Source: the human T2T-CHM13v2.0 reference genome, Homo sapiens
NCBI RefSeq assembly: GCF_009914755.1
Contig: NC_060936.1
Length of the DNA: 64,000 nt
Direction: 5' to 3' (one strand)
Translations under genes and position numbers: made by a program
Shown here: piece by piece, positions 59,101 through 64,000 of the stretch
Layout: each line of letters begins with the position of its first letter
Position numbering within the stretch: the stretch's first letter is position 1
The notes under the pieces: generated by a model
The model's database searches: none
The model's input: only the letters and a program-made list of their open reading frames with translations
Told to the model about the DNA's origin: nothing

Positions 59101-59418
59101 TCTTATTTATTTTTTTCTTTTCTTTTTTTGAGATGGCGTCTTGCTCTGTTGCCCAGGCTGGAGTACAGTGGCACGATCTTGGCTCACTGCAACCTCTGCC
59201 TCCCGGTGCAAGTGATTCGTGTGCCTCAGCCTCCCCAGTAGCTGGAATTACAGGTGTGCGCCTGTAATTAACCATGCCTGGCTAAGTTTTGTATTTTTAG
59301 TAGAGATGGGGTTTTGCCATGTTTGCTAGGCTGGTCTCAAACTCCTGTCCTCAAGTGATCTGACCGCATAGGCCTCCCAAAGTGCTGGGACTACAGGTGT
59401 GAACCACCTCGTCCAGCC
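59101..59418 (-). mobile_element. AluS/J
   Basis: Antisense dimer. Confidence 0.92.
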
Positions 59419-60164
59419 CATACTCGGATTTGGTTAGACAGTACCTAGAAGGAAATTTAGAACAACAAAAACATCATCTTGAGAGCAGAACTGTATTGGA
59501 GGTTTTATTTTGTCTTGTATTTAAGGATTCTAATTCCCAATAATACCAGCTGCCTCTCAGCCCATTCTTTCAGTGATCTTAAACAGCATAATTCAGTTCC
59601 TTTTTGCAAAACACATAAGATATTAAAATATCAGCATTAATATCTTTTTTGGAAGCACTTTAAACATATGTTTTAATTATGAAAAATTTCTCTGTAGACA
59701 TTTTAAGTGTAGAAAGAAGGAACTGGGTTAGAAATGTAATATATCAGCTCAGAGTCAAGTTTTGACAAGAACAGATTACCCAGGTGTCAAAGCATGGCGT
59801 TTTCTTCTTAAGATGCCTGGAATAGCAGAGGAAACTTACAGTCGTTTAATATTTGGGGCTCTGTGTAGGAACTTGGAAGTCATATCATAAAGAAATGTGA
59901 TTTTTTTTCTGCTCTTCTTACCTCTCCTTGCTTAGGATAAGAGAGTAAATATCTCAACTTGTATTTCATGAGACTACCAGCAAAGACCACAAGGTCTAAG
60001 ATATTTTGAAATGTTTTCCTTTTTCACCAAGTCAGTTGACTTAATCTCTTTGAGATTTGCAAACAAGTTTTGATGGTTTGCAGTACTGGTGTTGAGTAAT
60101 CTGAATATTTTCCAAAGATGATGGCATCATGTTACCTTCACAATTGTGGTTAAGAATGAATGGT

Positions 60165-60466
60165 GGTTGGGTGCAGTGGTTCTCGCCTATAATTCTAGCA
60201 CTTTAGGAGGCAGAGATGGGTGGATCACTTGAGCCCAGGAGTTTGAGACCTGCCTGGGCAACATGGTGAAACCCTGTCTCCACAAAAAATTCAAAAAATA
60301 GCTGAGTGTGGTGGTGCATACCTGTAGTTGCAGCTACTTGGGGGGCTGAGGTGGGAGGATCACCTGATCCTGGGGAGGTCGAAGCTGCAGTACGCTATGG
60401 TCACGCCACTGCACTCCAGCCTGGGTGACAGAGTTGAGACCTTGTCTGAAAAAAAAAAAAAAAAAA
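60165..60466 (+). mobile_element. AluJ
   Basis: Sense dimer; TSD AAGAATG(AA/GG)TGGT. Confidence 0.92.
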
Positions 60467-61307
60467 GAATGGGTGGTAATATTCATATTCATGTAAATAT
60501 TTACAATAATTTTAAGTTAGAAAGGAGTTTCTGTGCTTGCATAATGAAAACATTAGTATATTACGATTACTGTACAAACCCATGTATTCTGCATTTTTCT
60601 TATCTCTAATCACAGTGATAAATTTAAAATTACTTTTTGTTCTTGAAATGCTATTATTTGGAAGCAACAGTACAGAATTTTAAAATTTCTTTTGCCATTA
60701 CACTTTAGCACAATGATTTTGAGATAGTTTTTGAGGGCAGTTGATGAAGTCACTAAAGTCCTAATGCCATGCTTCTGTTCTCTGTGGTACCATTCCAGAA
60801 GCAAGAGGCTGTGCACTGCTTTGGGCAGAGGACCATCATACTTTGGTTTTGGCTTTTGCTGGTTCTCAGCTCATTCTCACATTGAGCCTGGAGCAGACAT
60901 TTACTTTTGAGGTTTTAAGTTAAAAATTAGGGTTTAAAGAAGTATATCCTAAGACCCAGTTCTGATTATTTGAAAGGAAAATGTGGCTTCTCTATGAGTT
61001 TTAATCATCCTGACATGTCAATAATCTGACAAGATTATTTAAAACTCATGAATAGAATATATGGCTTTATATCTAAGACCACACATCTAGTCATATTTTT
61101 TAATTGGTAATATTCATTAATCACTGGTTTTGACATATTTCCTGATTTTTCCTCTATCTTACTTAACCCTCTGGGTACTAGCTTCTTTTTAATACATGGA
61201 AGTATAACTTTCTGAATTGTAGTTTCAAGACTTTTATATGTATAACAGCATTCTCTATTTCAATATCATGTTTTTCAGTTCATACAAAAATGGCTCATAC
61301 TCAAGTA

Positions 61308-61551
61308 CCGTTGTCCCTTGATATATGTGGAGGATTGGTTCCAAGACCACACACTTAAAAACAAATCCCTGCATACTCAATTCCCACAGTTGGCCCTGCA
61401 GAACCAGAATATAGGAAAAGTCAGTACTCTTTATACGTGGGTTTCAAATCCCACAAATACTGTATTTTCAGTCTGTGTTTGGTTGAAAAAAAAAAATCCA
61501 CATATAAGTAGAACCAGGCAGTTCAAACCTATGTTGTTCAAGGGTGACATG
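61308..61551. mobile_element. MER8-like TcMar-Tigger MITE
   Basis: Terminal inverted repeats CCGTTGTCCCTTG...TTCAAGGGTGACATG flanked by TA; internal GGATTGGTTCCAAGACC. Confidence 0.85.
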
Positions 61552-62300
61552 TATTTGCACAGTCTTCAGAATTCTTGTCTGCTTGTCCTGTACCAGCAAA
61601 GAAGGCAAAGAAAATTAACTTCCCATTCTTTTCTGTTGTTAAATCAACTGAAAGTACAGAAGAAATGCTTTAAAATGATACGTGCCCAAGATTTTTGCAT
61701 ATAGCAAAGATAATTGATATTTTATTTTAGAGATCTCAGTTATTTACAAATAATTGTCCTCATTAGCACATGTAAATATTTTTCTACTCACATAAATATT
61801 TTATTTGCATTTTTTACTCATCATTTCTTTTTTTTAAAAAAATTCTCTTTTCTCTAGTATTTACTTTTGCCCTGTTCAACACTAGCTACTGGATTGATCA
61901 CAGTGAATGCCAAAAATTAACATATAGAAGTTAACACATGGAATATTCTCCCTGATGTACTATATTTGAGAGGTACTATATTTATAACTTATAAGCAGAT
62001 TTTTAAAATAAGATGCAATCTTTAGGATTTTCATTATTTTTTAAATCTTAAAATTGACCTTTAGAGTATTCAATATTGCCTTTAGTTATGTTTTTGTTGC
62101 CCTGGATTTGGTTGGCAATGCGATTCTCAGTAGCATGAGCATAGATAATGAATAGGGCAGATTTACTATAAAAGTGTATATCGAATTGGTTATGCTTTTA
62201 GTATATAATAATCCATTAATGAAATATACCATCTCCATAATAATGTGCTTTCCAAGGAGTTACACATCTATGTTAATTTAATATGTGACTCAGAGTTTAG

Positions 62301-62636
<336 letters not shown>

Positions 62637-63439
62637 TTACAATTCTTTTACAGATGAGAAACTAAGAGAGGCAGGATGCTTAAGGAGCATGGTTAAAGAT
62701 TCCAAACTTTGCAGTAAGGTAGATGTGGGTATTGATTATAACTCATTTATAGTGGTTATTGTTCCTCCTTATTAGTGTTATCATCTATAGAGTGAGTATA
62801 GCAATACCATCTTGTGGTTATGCATAGCATACCTAGCCCAGGGTTTGTCCCACATTACATATTTACTAAATTATTGCTTTTACTATGAAATAGGAAGTAG
62901 AAGAGTTAAGTAATTTACTTGGTTGTACCCAAATCTAACTGGTAACAGGGCTAGTACTACAACGTAGATTTCGGACATTTTGTTTTATGTTTCTGTATCA
63001 AAGTTCCTTTAGTGACTTATAGTAGGAAACTAACCTCGGGCCTCGGGCCATTAGGTGGCAGGAACATACCTGATGGCTGGATCCACTGTGAGATAAAACA
63101 GATGTGGTTTGGGCGATAAAATTAAAAAGGGAATTTAAGGGAGAAAATGGATTCTTTTTGTTCCCCCTGAAGTTGTTTGGAAATCGTAATTCTGTACAAG
63201 TCGTCTAAGAACTCTTGGTCTTTCTAAGGGTTCTTCATCTTTTATACCTGAACCAAACTCAAATGATCCCAATTGTGTTAGAAGCAAGCTGTAAGGGCTG
63301 CTTGGAGACAATTCTATTCCTGATACAAACTCAGAGGCAACTTGTACTCTTTGGGATTTACCATAAATCAAAAGGAACTGGTATTTTAATGGAAGACAAA
63401 ATCTATCATTGTTAATAATCAAGACTGCGTACAGCAACT

Positions 63440-63550
63440 CAACGTCTGTCATCCCTGCTCTTTGGGAGGCCAAGGCAGGAGGATTGTTTGAGGCCAGAAG
63501 TTCCAGACCAGCTTGATCAACATAGAAAGACCCAGTATTTATGGAGAAAA
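63440..63550 (+). mobile_element. FLAM Alu monomer fragment
   Basis: CTTTGGGAGGCCAAGGCAGGAGGATTG...GTTCCAGACCAGC. Confidence 0.8.
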
Positions 63551-64000
63551 AATTTAAAACAGAAAAATAATAATTAAAAAAGGTACTGGTTGGATGACTG
63601 CATGGGCTATGCGATCAGCCATATATGAGGAATTTCTAAAAAGCCTTTACTGAATTGGTATAGTTGTTACATAAACAGGACCACTATTTATGACATTCTA
63701 GTATATATATTCCCCAAGTGTTCCATTAACTACTTTTGACAGTGTGATAGGCAAAATAGGTTTGTTGCCTGTGATTTGAGGAGAGCCTCAAGGCTTGTTG
63801 CTCCCAAATTCTCTCCCTTTGGCCAGTCATTATATTTGAAAATGCAGTTATATTAATTGTCTTTACTATAATACCATGTGCTAGTTTGTCAGAAACTGTG
63901 TAGAGCACATTGTTATTAGGGACATAGGGCAAAATTGAGAAGCCATGGGAAAAATTTTGCATAGAGAAGAAATGGATGGAAGACAAGTGCATGCAAACCC

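Noticed and set aside
63135-63473. 112-aa minus-strand ORF as a possible processed pseudogene
   Set aside because: No recognisable protein similarity, starts within a FLAM, and has no poly-A/TSD structure; a BLASTX search would settle it

Overview
Human (primate) genomic DNA, not microbial: an AT-rich window inside the TMTC2 gene (TPR-containing protein O-mannosyltransferase, + strand). It holds coding exon 2 (4522-5092, 571 bp) and coding exon 3 (43332-44160, 829 bp), the whole 38.2 kb intron 2, the end of intron 1 and about 20 kb of intron 3. The rest is a typical retroelement and transposon landscape: about 30 Alu/FLAM copies (one a near-consensus human-specific AluYa5), L1, L2, MIR, MaLR and ERV1 LTRs, MER DNA transposons and microsatellites. 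I see no new gene or multi-gene system. Almost all other ORFs in the track are Alu- or repeat-derived artefacts. The most unusual structures are: (1) an Alu fused directly to a 1 kb open-frame L1 ORF2 endonuclease fragment within one candidate target-site duplication (TSD); (2) a 1.8 kb palindrome-rich compound VNTR apparently seeded from an Alu TSD; (3) a 31-nt multi-template-switch patch inside an Alu; (4) an unexplained, about 85% identical, ~165 bp dispersed duplication; and (5) a long read-through frame plus AATAAA after exon 3. Repeat subfamily names come from recalled consensus sequences, and boundaries of old repeats are approximate.
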